DNA of 64,000 nucleotides from the NCBI GenBank assembly GCA_044229535.1, contig JBGASU010000001.1:1406969-1470968 (forward strand), written 5' to 3'. Both the position numbers and the translations under genes were made by a program. Positions 10,701 through 19,764 of this stretch are shown in pieces. The first letter of the stretch is position 1. Each line of letters opens with the position of its first letter. The notes beneath the pieces were generated by a model that had not been told where the DNA came from, did no database searches, and saw only the letters and a list, made by a program, of their open reading frames with translations. This DNA is from Candidatus Midichloriaceae bacterium (lineage in GTDB: Bacteria > Pseudomonadota > Alphaproteobacteria > Rickettsiales > Midichloriaceae).

Positions 10701-11289
10701 TTTAGAAGACATGCAAGAGTTGTTTCTAATCTTATTAGATTGGAGTGTGAGGCATGAGAACGTTCATTCGTTGCATATTCCAGACAATAAAGGCTGTACA
10801 CCTTTTTATAACGCCTTATTAAAATTGTACGAGATGCATATAATATCTCAGTTTGTTGACGCAGATGCAAGTTTGGTTGATTCGATTTTTGATCATGTAG
10901 ACAACGAAAGGGTGAATGTTATTTCAAGGATACTTGATCAAGCAGGCAACGAAGTCGCCTTTGGTAATGTTTTTGAATTGGTGAAAGACAATCCAATACT
11001 AATGAGAAAATTTATTGACTCTGTTGGATATGAATCAGGGTGTTCTTCGCTTGAATATGCAAGGAGGTATGACATGCCAACAATTGTAGATGCGATATTA
11101 ACTTTTGCTCAAGGTACAAGTCTTGGTTTCTCATTGCCTCCAGCTTCAGTAGAAGCGCAGGCCAGCGCATCTACTGCTTGGATTCCTGATGTTGATGCTG
11201 AAGCAGATGTTGAAATTGCTGACCCAGTATTGAATGAGATGAACAGTGATGAGTTGGAAAAAGCTCGTAGCAAACGTTCTAGGCATTGA
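7741..11289 (+). CDS. Large ankyrin-repeat protein, candidate secreted effector
   Basis: 1182 aa. ANK-like repeats include DKDDNVALHYAARHTNPELFLEIV, NGIGFTPLQSALEDMQELFLILL and DNKGCTPFYNALLKLYE. No signal peptide. Acidic region followed by a basic C-terminus (EKARSKRSRH). Confidence 0.8.
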   Translation: MNLQEFRALDEFQRFDFLKELAGDELRAFAREVGAEQGASPMLARISASPNSNDATIKNQLKIELRKLGLTFQERQADMQFDVAEQPQEQFSWEKIKRAPFIERKPTPIDEATKDAFLQQFYQGEVVDVDTINPLSNIQAVRAQVELVCQKMVGYGFRNFNDLKDKFADLAFNIESAEQRQRDFSNAKQIKQVMESILYFVENTPEVSRRELIANYKDTRFICGDGTLQNLIDIFSEMQLGKADIAAYVAWAKRKVVIDTFLPMYEQNFFHEAGLIYRIGNERHYVDSLINAVADEFGLVVRTQDEDRFIKDASRYREFLLGELNRVFAQPEVLKNIFGLVVAKISSNLENGIDKILPVQNQVQDFLGKLGVGDKYNYFHLVNCKENGLKDDFKRVVESIVANYMHEQRVIKVSNIKHICQLLKIAGSYNSQYRQVITRENFPEDADNNKGFVNFILIQNIELDEAQFGTKSPILYFARKNRNIFADFNLPFVFMQRLLQEASAEELKDINIPADILRSSLFYVKTPEQIDVLIAKGANIQEISLNGGNATRDAALRGERAIVDKFAEQGIAPMNVFEGHEDGVDQRREEALINGIVANQEILRHIEDGVPNICRIVKCGMVNALRKALEFPEGRDALKLKDKDDNVALHYAARHTNPELFLEIVKTTEGRRAIGAYNKDNFTPVEELIIQDRVDLINEVLKTPEGTLLINGGNGNKSFVELSYEHKKYSYLKTLLKCNISLDPILKYKNKGMVQDAVDHEDFEVFGMLMERAELRNRLFQLEQDSIHKLDQQGLLKPILEKYWLEILEGIDPEDMAFFAEFVLKFGLLNQDIDEKHSHVLSRFLLSLQNFYFPMTDDLDKVISLIMSNKEVQKLVVTVDPLRPHENVFKRLVAAGATQAVEAILNDDFLRRSLYLTDAQCNTFLHNVECSEGDPSAFNDYYLESSEQQDSFFDCLRSIADNPHLKAALPSLLSTRNGIGFTPLQSALEDMQELFLILLDWSVRHENVHSLHIPDNKGCTPFYNALLKLYEMHIISQFVDADASLVDSIFDHVDNERVNVISRILDQAGNEVAFGNVFELVKDNPILMRKFIDSVGYESGCSSLEYARRYDMPTIVDAILTFAQGTSLGFSLPPASVEAQASASTAWIPDVDAEADVEIADPVLNEMNSDELEKARSKRSRH

Positions 11290-11341
11290 GAAAATGAATG
11301 AATTCTCGATCTATACTTGATATACTATAAGTCTTTAGCAT

Positions 11342-11418
11342 TCCTAGGCGGCTCAGTGGTAGAGTAAGCGGCTGTTAACTGCTCGGTCGCTGGTTCGAGT
11401 TTTTAGTCCGAGGAGCCA
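11342..11418 (+). pseudogene. Decayed copy of tRNA-Asn(GTT)
   Basis: Aligns with 7493-7567 and keeps the anticodon loop CTGTTAA. Defects: C in place of U8, an A:G mismatch in the acceptor stem, and the 3' T-stem strand CCGGC replaced by TTTTAGT, so no T arm can form. Confidence 0.8.
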
Positions 11419-11521
11419 TTTTCCCCCATTTCATATCTTTATCTAAAAAAGTCTTTTGTAAAATTACCTCTGCTTGCTTTTTCTGGCGTATGGGGTAGAA
11501 TCTTCTCACTACTAACTAATC

Positions 11522-14281
11522 ATGGTTAAGCCCTTGTCAGCGAATACAAACATCAACCTATCGTCGATGCAGCCTATCTCAATTGAAAACGAGATGAGAA
11601 AGTCTTATTTAGACTACGCAATGAGCGTTATCGTATCACGTGCACTACCAGATTGTAGGGATGGTTTAAAGCCTGTTCATAGGCGTATTCTTTTCGCTAT
11701 GCACGAGGCTAATAACTACCACGATAAGCCTCACAAAAAATCAGCCAGAATCGTCGGTGACGTAATGGGTAAATATCACCCTCATGGTGATAGCGCCATT
11801 TACATGGCATTAGTTCGTATGGCTCAAGATTTCTCTCAGAGAGTAGCTCTTATCGATGGGCAAGGTAACTTTGGTTCAATGGATGGCGATGCTCCTGCGG
11901 CAATGCGTTATACAGAGTCACGTTTAGCAAAAATTTCATCATCCATGTTGGTTGATCTTGATTATCAAACCGTAGATTTCCAACCTAACTATGACGGTTC
12001 TGAAAAAGAGCCAAGAGTGCTGCCAGCACAATTTCCAAATTTATTAGTGAACGGAACAAGTGGTATTGCCGTTGGTATGGCAACTAACATTCCTACCCAT
12101 AACTTGGGCGAAGTTATCGATGCTTGTATCGCTTATATTAAAAATCGTGAAATTACATTAGAAGAAGTATTAGAATTAGTCCCAGCACCAGATTTTCCTA
12201 CAGGCGGTGTTATTATGGGGCATGCTAGAGCAAGAACGGCACTTGCAACTGGTAGAGGATCTATTGTCGTGCGTGGTAAAATTGATTTTGAAGAAATAGG
12301 TGGGCGTAATGCTATTGTTGTTCATGAGTTGCCATATCAGGTTAATAAATCTGAATTATTAAAACATGTTGAGCAATTATCGCGCGATAAAGTGATTGAA
12401 GGCATTTATGAAATGCGTGATGAGTCAAATAAGCTTGGCGTTCGCATGGTGTTTGAACTTAAAAAAGACGTAGTTCCAGATGTCGTATTAAGTCAGCTTT
12501 ATAAATTCACAGCCTTACAGACTAGCTTTGGCGTAAATATGTTAGCCTTGCATCAAGGCAGACCAATGACCATGAATGTGTTGGATATTGTTAAAGCATT
12601 CGTAGAATTTAGAGAAGAAGTTGTAACACGCAGAATTTCATTCCTACTAAATAAAGCGCGTACTAGAGCCCATGTTTTAATTGGCTTATCATTAGCAGTT
12701 GCTAATATTGATGAAGTGATCGCTCTTATTAAATCTTCGCAAGATCCAGTTGTTGCTAAGAAAAAATTAATGGATAAATTCTGGGATGCAGAAACAGTAA
12801 TTCCATTATTAAAACTTGTAGATGACTATAGAAACGAATTGAAAAACAATCAGTGTAAATTTACTGATGAGCAAGCAACTGCAATTTTAGAAATGAGATT
12901 GCAAAGACTTACTGGCCTTGAGAAAGACAAAATTGAAAAAGAATTAGGAGAGCTTGCGACTGAAATTAAAGACTATCTTGAAACTTTAGGATCTAAAGAA
13001 AAATTGATGGGTATAATTACCACAGAGTTACTAGATATTAGAGAAAGATTTGCGACACCTCGTAAAACAGAAATTCAAATTAATGACGATGATGTTGATA
13101 TTGAAGATTTAATTCAACGTGAAGACATGGTTGTAACAACGACATTAGGTGGCTATATCAAACGCGTACCACTCGCAACATACCGCGCGCAAAAACGTGG
13201 TGGTAAAGGTCGTTCGGCGGTTACCATGAATGATGATGATATGACAACCGATATCATTGTATCAAATACACATACTCCACTCCTATTCTTCTCAGATGCT
13301 GGAAAAGTATATCGTTTGAAAGTTTACAAACTTCCTTTAGGAAACCCACAAGCAAAAGGCAGGGCATTAGTAAACTTGTTGCCTTTAGCGCAAGATGAGA
13401 AAATTACCAATATTACCCCGATGCCGGAAGATCCGGCGACATGGGAACATTTCGCAATTATGTTTGCAACTGCGCAAGGCAACATTAGAAGAAATGATCT
13501 TGCTGCGTTCTCAAACATCAATGCCAATGGTAAAATTGCAATTCGTCTTGATGAAGGGGATAAATTGATTGGCGTTAATATCTGTAATGAAACCGATCAC
13601 GTTATGCTTTCAACTAAGAAAGGCAAATCACTACGATTCCCTGCAAATGCTATTCGTGTGTTCAAGAGTAGAACATCAGACGGCGTGCGTGGTATTAAAT
13701 TAGCACAAAAAGGTGATGCCGTAGTCTCAATGGCAATATTGAAAGACTCGACTATCTCTATTGAGAAGCGTGAAGAGTTCTTAAAAATTCCAGTTGAATC
13801 AAGAAAAGAATTCGTCACCAATAAAGATCAAGCAGCATTTGAAGCAAAAATTGCGGAAAGAGCAATTGAGAACAGAACTATAACCACAGATGAAGCTTGT
13901 CAGCTTGCAATTGGTGAAGAATTTATTCTTTCAATGACTGAAAAAGGCTACGGTAAACGCTCTTCGGCTTATGAATATCGTGTAGCAGGCCGTGGTGGAC
14001 AGGGCGTGTTTAATATAGACACCTCAGACCGTAATGGCGATGTAATTGCCAGCTTCCCAGTGGATGAGGGTGACCAAATTATTCTTATCACTAATGCTGG
14101 TACGCTAATTAGAACAAACGTTAAGGACATTCGTATCACTGGCAGGAATGCAATGGGTGTTCGTCTACTTAACACCAAGGAAAACGAAAAAGTAATTTCA
14201 GCAACACGCGTTCTTGGTTCTGAAGAAGCTGAAAATGAGTTGAACGAAGCTTTGGAGGCTGCAGCAGATGCCAATAGTTGA
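11522..14281 (+). CDS. gyrA: DNA gyrase subunit A
   Basis: 919 aa. [53 protein letters not shown]-terminal beta-pinwheel repeats. Confidence 0.97.
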   Translation: MVKPLSANTNINLSSMQPISIENEMRKSYLDYAMSVIVSRALPDCRDGLKPVHRRILFAMHEANNYHDKPHKKSARIVGDVMGKYHPHGDSAIYMALVRMAQDFSQRVALIDGQGNFGSMDGDAPAAMRYTESRLAKISSSMLVDLDYQTVDFQPNYDGSEKEPRVLPAQFPNLLVNGTSGIAVGMATNIPTHNLGEVIDACIAYIKNREITLEEVLELVPAPDFPTGGVIMGHARARTALATGRGSIVVRGKIDFEEIGGRNAIVVHELPYQVNKSELLKHVEQLSRDKVIEGIYEMRDESNKLGVRMVFELKKDVVPDVVLSQLYKFTALQTSFGVNMLALHQGRPMTMNVLDIVKAFVEFREEVVTRRISFLLNKARTRAHVLIGLSLAVANIDEVIALIKSSQDPVVAKKKLMDKFWDAETVIPLLKLVDDYRNELKNNQCKFTDEQATAILEMRLQRLTGLEKDKIEKELGELATEIKDYLETLGSKEKLMGIITTELLDIRERFATPRKTEIQINDDDVDIEDLIQREDMVVTTTLGGYIKRVPLATYRAQKRGGKGRSAVTMNDDDMTTDIIVSNTHTPLLFFSDAGKVYRLKVYKLPLGNPQAKGRALVNLLPLAQDEKITNITPMPEDPATWEHFAIMFATAQGNIRRNDLAAFSNINANGKIAIRLDEGDKLIGVNICNETDHVMLSTKKGKSLRFPANAIRVFKSRTSDGVRGIKLAQKGDAVVSMAILKDSTISIEKREEFLKIPVESRKEFVTNKDQAAFEAKIAERAIENRTITTDEACQLAIGEEFILSMTEKGYGKRSSAYEYRVAGRGGQGVFNIDTSDRNGDVIASFPVDEGDQIILITNAGTLIRTNVKDIRITGRNAMGVRLLNTKENEKVISATRVLGSEEAENELNEALEAAADANS

Positions 14282-14456
14282 AGTAAAGATGCTTGAAGGT
14301 CGTACTGACGACCAAAAGCGTAAATTAGTAAAAGAGATTACAGAAGTCATCTGTCGCACTATAGACTCAACACCTGAAAAAGTACGAGTATTCATCAACG
14401 AAATGCCTAAGAAACACTATGCTATTGGCGGAGTTCTGGAGAGTGATAAGAGCTAA
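14268..14456 (+). CDS. 4-oxalocrotonate tautomerase family protein
   Basis: 62 aa. [26 protein letters not shown] has catalytic Pro1 and the typical beta-alpha-beta length. 14-nt overlap with the gyrA end. Confidence 0.85.
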   Translation: MPIVEVKMLEGRTDDQKRKLVKEITEVICRTIDSTPEKVRVFINEMPKKHYAIGGVLESDKS

Positions 14457-14571
14457 GTACTAAATATTCATTCAGGTAACTTTCCGTTTAAGGGACCTGT
14501 ATTGTTTAGTACCGTTATTAGACTAGCAATAGTCTGTATACAATCGTCTTCCCGAATTCGAAGAATTCGTT

Positions 14572-14638
14572 GGATGTGCTAATTTTTGCTTAAAGCCCGC
14601 ATTCGCGGTGCAAAAATCCCCCCCCCAAGAGCACATCC
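14572..14638. repeat. Long imperfect hairpin carrying a C9 bulge
   Basis: GGATGTGCT (14572-80) pairs with AGCACATCC (14630-38). ATTTTTGC (14582-89) pairs with GCAAAAAT (14610-17). Apical CCGC-ATTC-GCGG at 14597-14608. C9 tract at 14618-14626. Confidence 0.6.
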
Positions 14639-14762
14639 AAACATCTTCTTCTCATTACTTGTTTTTCTAACACCCCCCCCTATTTTACAACCTATAGGTT
14701 ATCAGATAAAAAACCAGCCAGCCCAAATTACTTAGCTAAGTTTTTAATATTTTTAGCTCAAA

Positions 14763-14778
14763 TTAACCATTTCTTAAC
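14763..14778 (+). promoter_or_regulatory. CtrA-box-like site TTAA-N7-TTAAC upstream of the 714-aa orphan gene
   Basis: TTAACCATTTCTTAAC. It ends 51 nt upstream of ATG 14829. The core AAATTAACCATTTnTTAA is shared with 24838-24855. Confidence 0.5.
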
Positions 14779-14828
14779 TAAATGTTGCTAAAATAATTAT
14801 AAGTTTTAAAACGACAAATGGTGTTTGT

Positions 14829-16973
14829 ATGTCCCAGTTCCAACGCTTCATTTCACAAGATTTTTATTTGAGTCGGGATTTTCCAAGCGATGGAAGTGCT
14901 GGCCCATTTACAGGATATGGCGCACAAGAGGAGCAGTTATACAACGCTTATATGGCTGCAAGGAGAGTAGATAATTTTGATGCTGATAAATATCGTAAGG
15001 CTGGAGAGGCATATTTTAAGTTTCAACAAGACTACCGTACTGATCCTAACTCTTCTATTCCACTTGTTTTATCTCAGGAACAGCAGATATTTGAATCTTG
15101 GAAACAAGCTAATCCACAATCCCTAAATCCAGAACCTCTTACTGAGACAACCCGTGCACACTCTGTTATTTATGATCAACTCCCTCCTACATCGATGAAT
15201 AGATTTGAATTCCAAAAAATAATAACGGGTTTACAGGGGGTGGGTGACACCAAATCAGGGGAGGTAAATAATGCTGCTCAGAGGTTTGAAAATGCAAATA
15301 AAAAAGGTAATGAAAAATATGCAGATCTAGGGGCTATTCCTTTGAGAGGAGTTGCAGATTTTGCTAAAGAGTACCAAAAGCAAAATATTGATAAAGATAA
15401 GAAACAACAAGACTTCCCACTTAATATAATTACGGACAGAAAGAATGCGCCAATGCTGAAGCTTGCATCAGAAGATCCTAAACTTGCTGCTGCAGCTATT
15501 GAAGCATTTAAAGAGCGCGGAGGAGAGAAGGGGCTGAATGCTTATAAAGCTGCAGATATTGGTAAAGGTATAGAATTAGCAATGACTGCTGCAAATAATG
15601 TTGTTGGTGAAGATTCAAAAAAACAGGCAATTAAAAATGTAAGGAATTTACTAATCGACAACAAATTTGATCAGAAAAAAGTTAAAGCAATTGAAGATGG
15701 GGTAAAAGGAACGATTCCTCAGAAAACACAATTTGCCGAAAAAATGCGTCAGAATCTAGGGTTGTTTGGAAAAGCTGGGGATGATTATGCAATTAATCTT
15801 CACCCCATAGATAGCTGGAAGAATACAAAAGAAACTGCCAAAAAAATTAAAACAAATAATCCATTTAAATCATTATACAATATAGTAAAATTGGTAGCTT
15901 ATGAAATCCCTAAGTTAGCTGTCTCTTTGGTTGTTGCCACACCTATTGCTGCAATAAGAGCTGGGGTTCAAACTGTAAAAGAGAATAAAAATCAAAGATT
16001 AGCTAAGGCTGCTGAAAATTGTTCGAAATATCCAAAAGTAGCTGCTGCAGTTCGCAATGCTCTTGGAGCTGGTGGTAAGAAAAAAGTTACGAATAAGGAA
16101 TTAAATAAAGTAATGGCTGCTTTAGGTAAGAAAGCCCAAGTTTTAGAAAATTCAACTCTATCAAAAGAAACTATAACTAATGCGTTAAATTCAAAAGCTT
16201 CAGCAACACATCATCTATCTAATGATACCAAGAAGGATTATGTAGTTAAACAAGAAAAAGAAAAGCAAATACGTAAGCTCGTTGATGATGCTCCTGAGCT
16301 TAAAAAATTGGATAAAAATGCTAAAGCGGAGATTGTAGCAAAGCTAATGGATCTTCATAAACCAGATAATTCGCCTGATCCTAAGAAAAACCAAGCGGCA
16401 CATCACTCTCTCAATTTCGCTTTAAAAAATGAGACATTAGTATCAAGACTAGTTAATGAATCGGTGAAAGTTCATAGTGCTGTAACCCGCGACCAAAATC
16501 TCAATAAAAAAGTTGAGCAGCAATTCAAAGATACATCGAAATTAACCAATTTAGAGCAAGTAGCTCAAGGTAAGAGCTCTGTAGTTCTAGATGATCTATA
16601 CAAATTAGCAGATAGAAGTAAAAAACCTGAAGTCTCTCAAGAAGTGGATTCGCAATTAAGGCAAAGTTTTAAAAGCGAGCAAACAAAACTAGAAGAAAAA
16701 AGGCAAGCTTGGGAGAAGGCATATAGTAAAGGTGAAGATACTATAAATTACGAGAAAGACTATATAAAGCAACAACAGGTTTTAGATAAGGCAGGTAAAG
16801 AATATTTTAAAGAAAAAATCAAAACTGCAGTGCCAGAAGAAGCAGAAAAAATGGCGAACAACATTGCGGGCTATAAACAGGCCATAGCCAATGCCGACAA
16901 GAGGATAGGTGAGCTGAGCCCAGATCAAGTGCCAAAAACAGGTCAAACAACAACTCGAGCACGTGGGGTGTAA
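14829..16973 (+). CDS. Hypothetical Lys/Glu-rich 714-aa protein with one central hydrophobic segment
   Basis: Long ORF with coding-like composition and no recognisable catalytic motif. Hydrophobic stretch IVKLVAYEIPKLAVSLVVATPIAAI. Basic C-terminal tail. Confidence 0.6.
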   Translation: MSQFQRFISQDFYLSRDFPSDGSAGPFTGYGAQEEQLYNAYMAARRVDNFDADKYRKAGEAYFKFQQDYRTDPNSSIPLVLSQEQQIFESWKQANPQSLNPEPLTETTRAHSVIYDQLPPTSMNRFEFQKIITGLQGVGDTKSGEVNNAAQRFENANKKGNEKYADLGAIPLRGVADFAKEYQKQNIDKDKKQQDFPLNIITDRKNAPMLKLASEDPKLAAAAIEAFKERGGEKGLNAYKAADIGKGIELAMTAANNVVGEDSKKQAIKNVRNLLIDNKFDQKKVKAIEDGVKGTIPQKTQFAEKMRQNLGLFGKAGDDYAINLHPIDSWKNTKETAKKIKTNNPFKSLYNIVKLVAYEIPKLAVSLVVATPIAAIRAGVQTVKENKNQRLAKAAENCSKYPKVAAAVRNALGAGGKKKVTNKELNKVMAALGKKAQVLENSTLSKETITNALNSKASATHHLSNDTKKDYVVKQEKEKQIRKLVDDAPELKKLDKNAKAEIVAKLMDLHKPDNSPDPKKNQAAHHSLNFALKNETLVSRLVNESVKVHSAVTRDQNLNKKVEQQFKDTSKLTNLEQVAQGKSSVVLDDLYKLADRSKKPEVSQEVDSQLRQSFKSEQTKLEEKRQAWEKAYSKGEDTINYEKDYIKQQQVLDKAGKEYFKEKIKTAVPEEAEKMANNIAGYKQAIANADKRIGELSPDQVPKTGQTTTRARGV

Positions 16974-16988
16974 TACTCTTTGATAAGC

Positions 16989-18428
16989 CTACTCACCCTG
17001 TGCTTTGGTAAAGCCTTCTACGTTATCAAAAGTATATAAATTTTGTATCAAGGACATAGTCAGCCCAGATTTTTCAATTTTTCCAAGCAAGGCTACTATA
17101 GCACCTTGTGACATACCTGTATCTTTAAACCCAATAAATCTACATTGTAACAAGTCTGAAACAACACCTTCGGCATCACTATCTGGCCAAACTTTCAGGC
17201 CTTTTTGTGAAACAGTGTGAAGCTTCATATTTGGTTCAATGTTTTCCAGCTTACCAATTATTTGCTCAAGGGAGTTATCGTTGGCGCTGATGTAAACATC
17301 TACCCCTATTAATTGTTGATCATATATAGGTTTGACATATTTATGCGCTTGAATTCTTTTTGCTTCTTTAGGAGCAACAGCTGGTAGTTGAGTTGGTTTT
17401 TTGCCAAGATTTGCTATAACTGCTTCTGCGAATTCCATTGTAGTTGCTTTTTTCTTGCTCTTACCTTCTTTATAAATATCACCTGTGTGAATGCCATTTT
17501 CAATTGTTGTTAACCAAGCATTTTGAATAATTGTTGCAACATCGCCTTGTCCTATATATTCAAGCATTAGGATTGCACCGTTCAACAAGCCAGATGGATT
17601 AGCTATCCCCTTGCCAGCAATGTCTGGAGCGGAGCCATGCACAGCTTCAAACATCGCAAAGTCATCGCCTATATTTGAGCTTCCAGCAAGTCCGACTGAG
17701 CCTGAAACTTCTGCAGCTATATCTGATACTATATCTCCATAAAGATTTAATGTAACTATCACATCAAAATCCTGTGGCCTTGATGCGATTCTTGCAGAGC
17801 CTATGTCGACTATTATTGAATCGGCTTTTATTTCTGGGTATTCTTTTGCTACTTCTTTGAATATTGTATGGAAGCATCCATCAGAAATTTTCATGATGTT
17901 GTCTTTTATTAAGCAAGTAACTTTTTTGCGACCATTTAATTTCGCGTACTCAAATGCATAGCGAATGATTTTTTCAGAGCCCTGTCTGGTAATAATTTTG
18001 AATGCTATGTTATTGTTACCGTTTACTCTGTACTCTACACCTGCGTATAAATCTTCTTCATTTTCTCGAACAATTACCATGTCCATTTTTTTATGGTTTG
18101 TTTCTACAAATGGATAGTAGGTTGCTACAGGACGGACGTTTGCATATAAGCCTAGTGACTTCCTAAAAGTCACATTTAAGCTTTTATAGCCTTTTCCTTG
18201 AGGGGTAGTTATGGGGGCTTTAAGTAGGACTTTTGTGCGTTTTACAACATCCCATGCTTCTTTTGAAATGCCAGACGAAAAACCTTTTGTATACAATTTT
18301 TCGCCGATTTCTATGGTTTCTATTTTAATCCGCGCTTTTGCCGCTTTTAAAATATTTAGAGTAGCCTCCATAATTTCTGGTCCAATACCGTCTCCATAGG
18401 CAACTGCAATAGATGTCATCTCGCTCAT
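16989..18428 (-). CDS. icd: Isocitrate dehydrogenase (isocitrate/isopropylmalate dehydrogenase family)
   Basis: 479 aa. IAVAYGDGIGPEIM, NLYGDIVSDIAA and FEAVHGSAPDIAGKGIANP motifs. Confidence 0.92.
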   Translation of the reverse strand: MSEMTSIAVAYGDGIGPEIMEATLNILKAAKARIKIETIEIGEKLYTKGFSSGISKEAWDVVKRTKVLLKAPITTPQGKGYKSLNVTFRKSLGLYANVRPVATYYPFVETNHKKMDMVIVRENEEDLYAGVEYRVNGNNNIAFKIITRQGSEKIIRYAFEYAKLNGRKKVTCLIKDNIMKISDGCFHTIFKEVAKEYPEIKADSIIVDIGSARIASRPQDFDVIVTLNLYGDIVSDIAAEVSGSVGLAGSSNIGDDFAMFEAVHGSAPDIAGKGIANPSGLLNGAILMLEYIGQGDVATIIQNAWLTTIENGIHTGDIYKEGKSKKKATTMEFAEAVIANLGKKPTQLPAVAPKEAKRIQAHKYVKPIYDQQLIGVDVYISANDNSLEQIIGKLENIEPNMKLHTVSQKGLKVWPDSDAEGVVSDLLQCRFIGFKDTGMSQGAIVALLGKIEKSGLTMSLIQNLYTFDNVEGFTKAQGE

Positions 18429-18498
18429 ATTATCTCCTTAATAGGGTTAATTTAAATCTGAGCTATAGTGGACAAAATTGCAATCAAATTTTTGGTAA

Positions 18499-19344
18499 CT
18501 ATCTGATAGAACGTAAAGATTTGTTGGATATCTCTTTATCTAAAGCCTCAAGTTTCGCTAAGCTAGAAGAAGTGCTGATGTCTGTTTGATTGTTGCCTCT
18601 AATTTCTCTCAATATATTAAAGGCAATGCTTTCAGAAGGATTTTCTATTTTTTCAAGCTTTATAGCGATTTTTTTAATATCGGCCATAACATCAACTTTC
18701 TTTTCAGCAACTAGCAGCTTTCCAGCTTGGATTCTTGTAGATTCCACAGCTTCAAGGGATGACTTCGCTTTGTCATCTAAGTCTTGCCATTTCTTATCTT
18801 GTCGAATTTCTTGCGCAACATCTTTGCAGGCATCATTAAAGCGTTTTGCCGCTTCTAAAATTTGCCCAGATTCTTTTGGTTCTTTGATGAAATTATTTAA
18901 CGCCTCGATTTCTTTTTTTGAAACAAGCTTGTTGCGATCTTTATCAACTAAAGAATTTAGTATTTGTAATTCCGCGATCGTTTCGCCATTTTTATCTACG
19001 GTTGTGTTGAAGAAATATGTGCCAGATGTAATGTAGTTTTGTTTAGCTCTCTCGGATACATGCTCAGGGAAGTTGTCGCAAATCGCTTCTAGAGTGTTGC
19101 CGACAGAGTATTCTACATCATGAATTTGTCTATCTCCATACGCTGTGGATAGTTTTTCTGTTTGTTCTCCTAGATCAATTTTAGATTCAAGTTCTTGGAT
19201 AATGTTTATTGGGATCCCGAGAGCTCTGGCTTCTGCAATTAAATCTTCTAAGGCAGAGTTTTTTAAGCGTACATCGATAATAGATTTAATTATGGCAAGC
19301 TTAGCAAGAATTTCTGAAGTTCTTTGCTCTGCTTGTTTAGTCAT
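18499..19344 (-). CDS. Hypothetical coiled-coil-rich protein, translationally coupled to the STAS gene
   Basis: 281 aa. Its ATG directly abuts the TAA of the upstream STAS ORF (TAAATG). No recognisable domain. Confidence 0.55.
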   Translation of the reverse strand: MTKQAEQRTSEILAKLAIIKSIIDVRLKNSALEDLIAEARALGIPINIIQELESKIDLGEQTEKLSTAYGDRQIHDVEYSVGNTLEAICDNFPEHVSERAKQNYITSGTYFFNTTVDKNGETIAELQILNSLVDKDRNKLVSKKEIEALNNFIKEPKESGQILEAAKRFNDACKDVAQEIRQDKKWQDLDDKAKSSLEAVESTRIQAGKLLVAEKKVDVMADIKKIAIKLEKIENPSESIAFNILREIRGNNQTDISTSSSLAKLEALDKEISNKSLRSIR

Positions 19345-19647
19345 TTATTTATGCTCAATTGTGAATAAGTCGCTAAATCTAGAAATGTCGAACATTTGTT
19401 TTACTTGCCCTTTTGGATTGCGAAGTAAAAGGTTTGTAGATGTTTTGTCGCATTTATCTCTTACTAAAAGTAGAATCCCAAGTGCAGCAGAATCTATGAA
19501 TTCAACGTTAGCCAGATCAATTATTATTTTTTTATAGGCTTGTATTTCTTCAAGAATACTGTTGAAAACTTTGTTGTCAGCGAATGTGAACTTCCCTGCT
19601 AAATTTAGCTCAAGAGAATCGCCACTAGAAACTACATTATGCTCCAT
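19345..19647 (-). CDS. STAS-domain protein (anti-sigma-factor-antagonist-like)
   Basis: 100 aa. VEFIDSAALGILLL contains the conserved phosphorylatable Ser position of the SpoIIAA/STAS fold. Confidence 0.8.
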   Translation of the reverse strand: MEHNVVSSGDSLELNLAGKFTFADNKVFNSILEEIQAYKKIIIDLANVEFIDSAALGILLLVRDKCDKTSTNLLLRNPKGQVKQMFDISRFSDLFTIEHK

Positions 19648-19764
19648 TTACTTGATACCTATTATGTTATGATAAATTCAAGCATGGCATTTTTTAGATA
19701 AATTGCAACACCTATCCTTTTGCTTTTTTTTCAAATTTAATATAGAGTTTATTAAAAAAAATCT

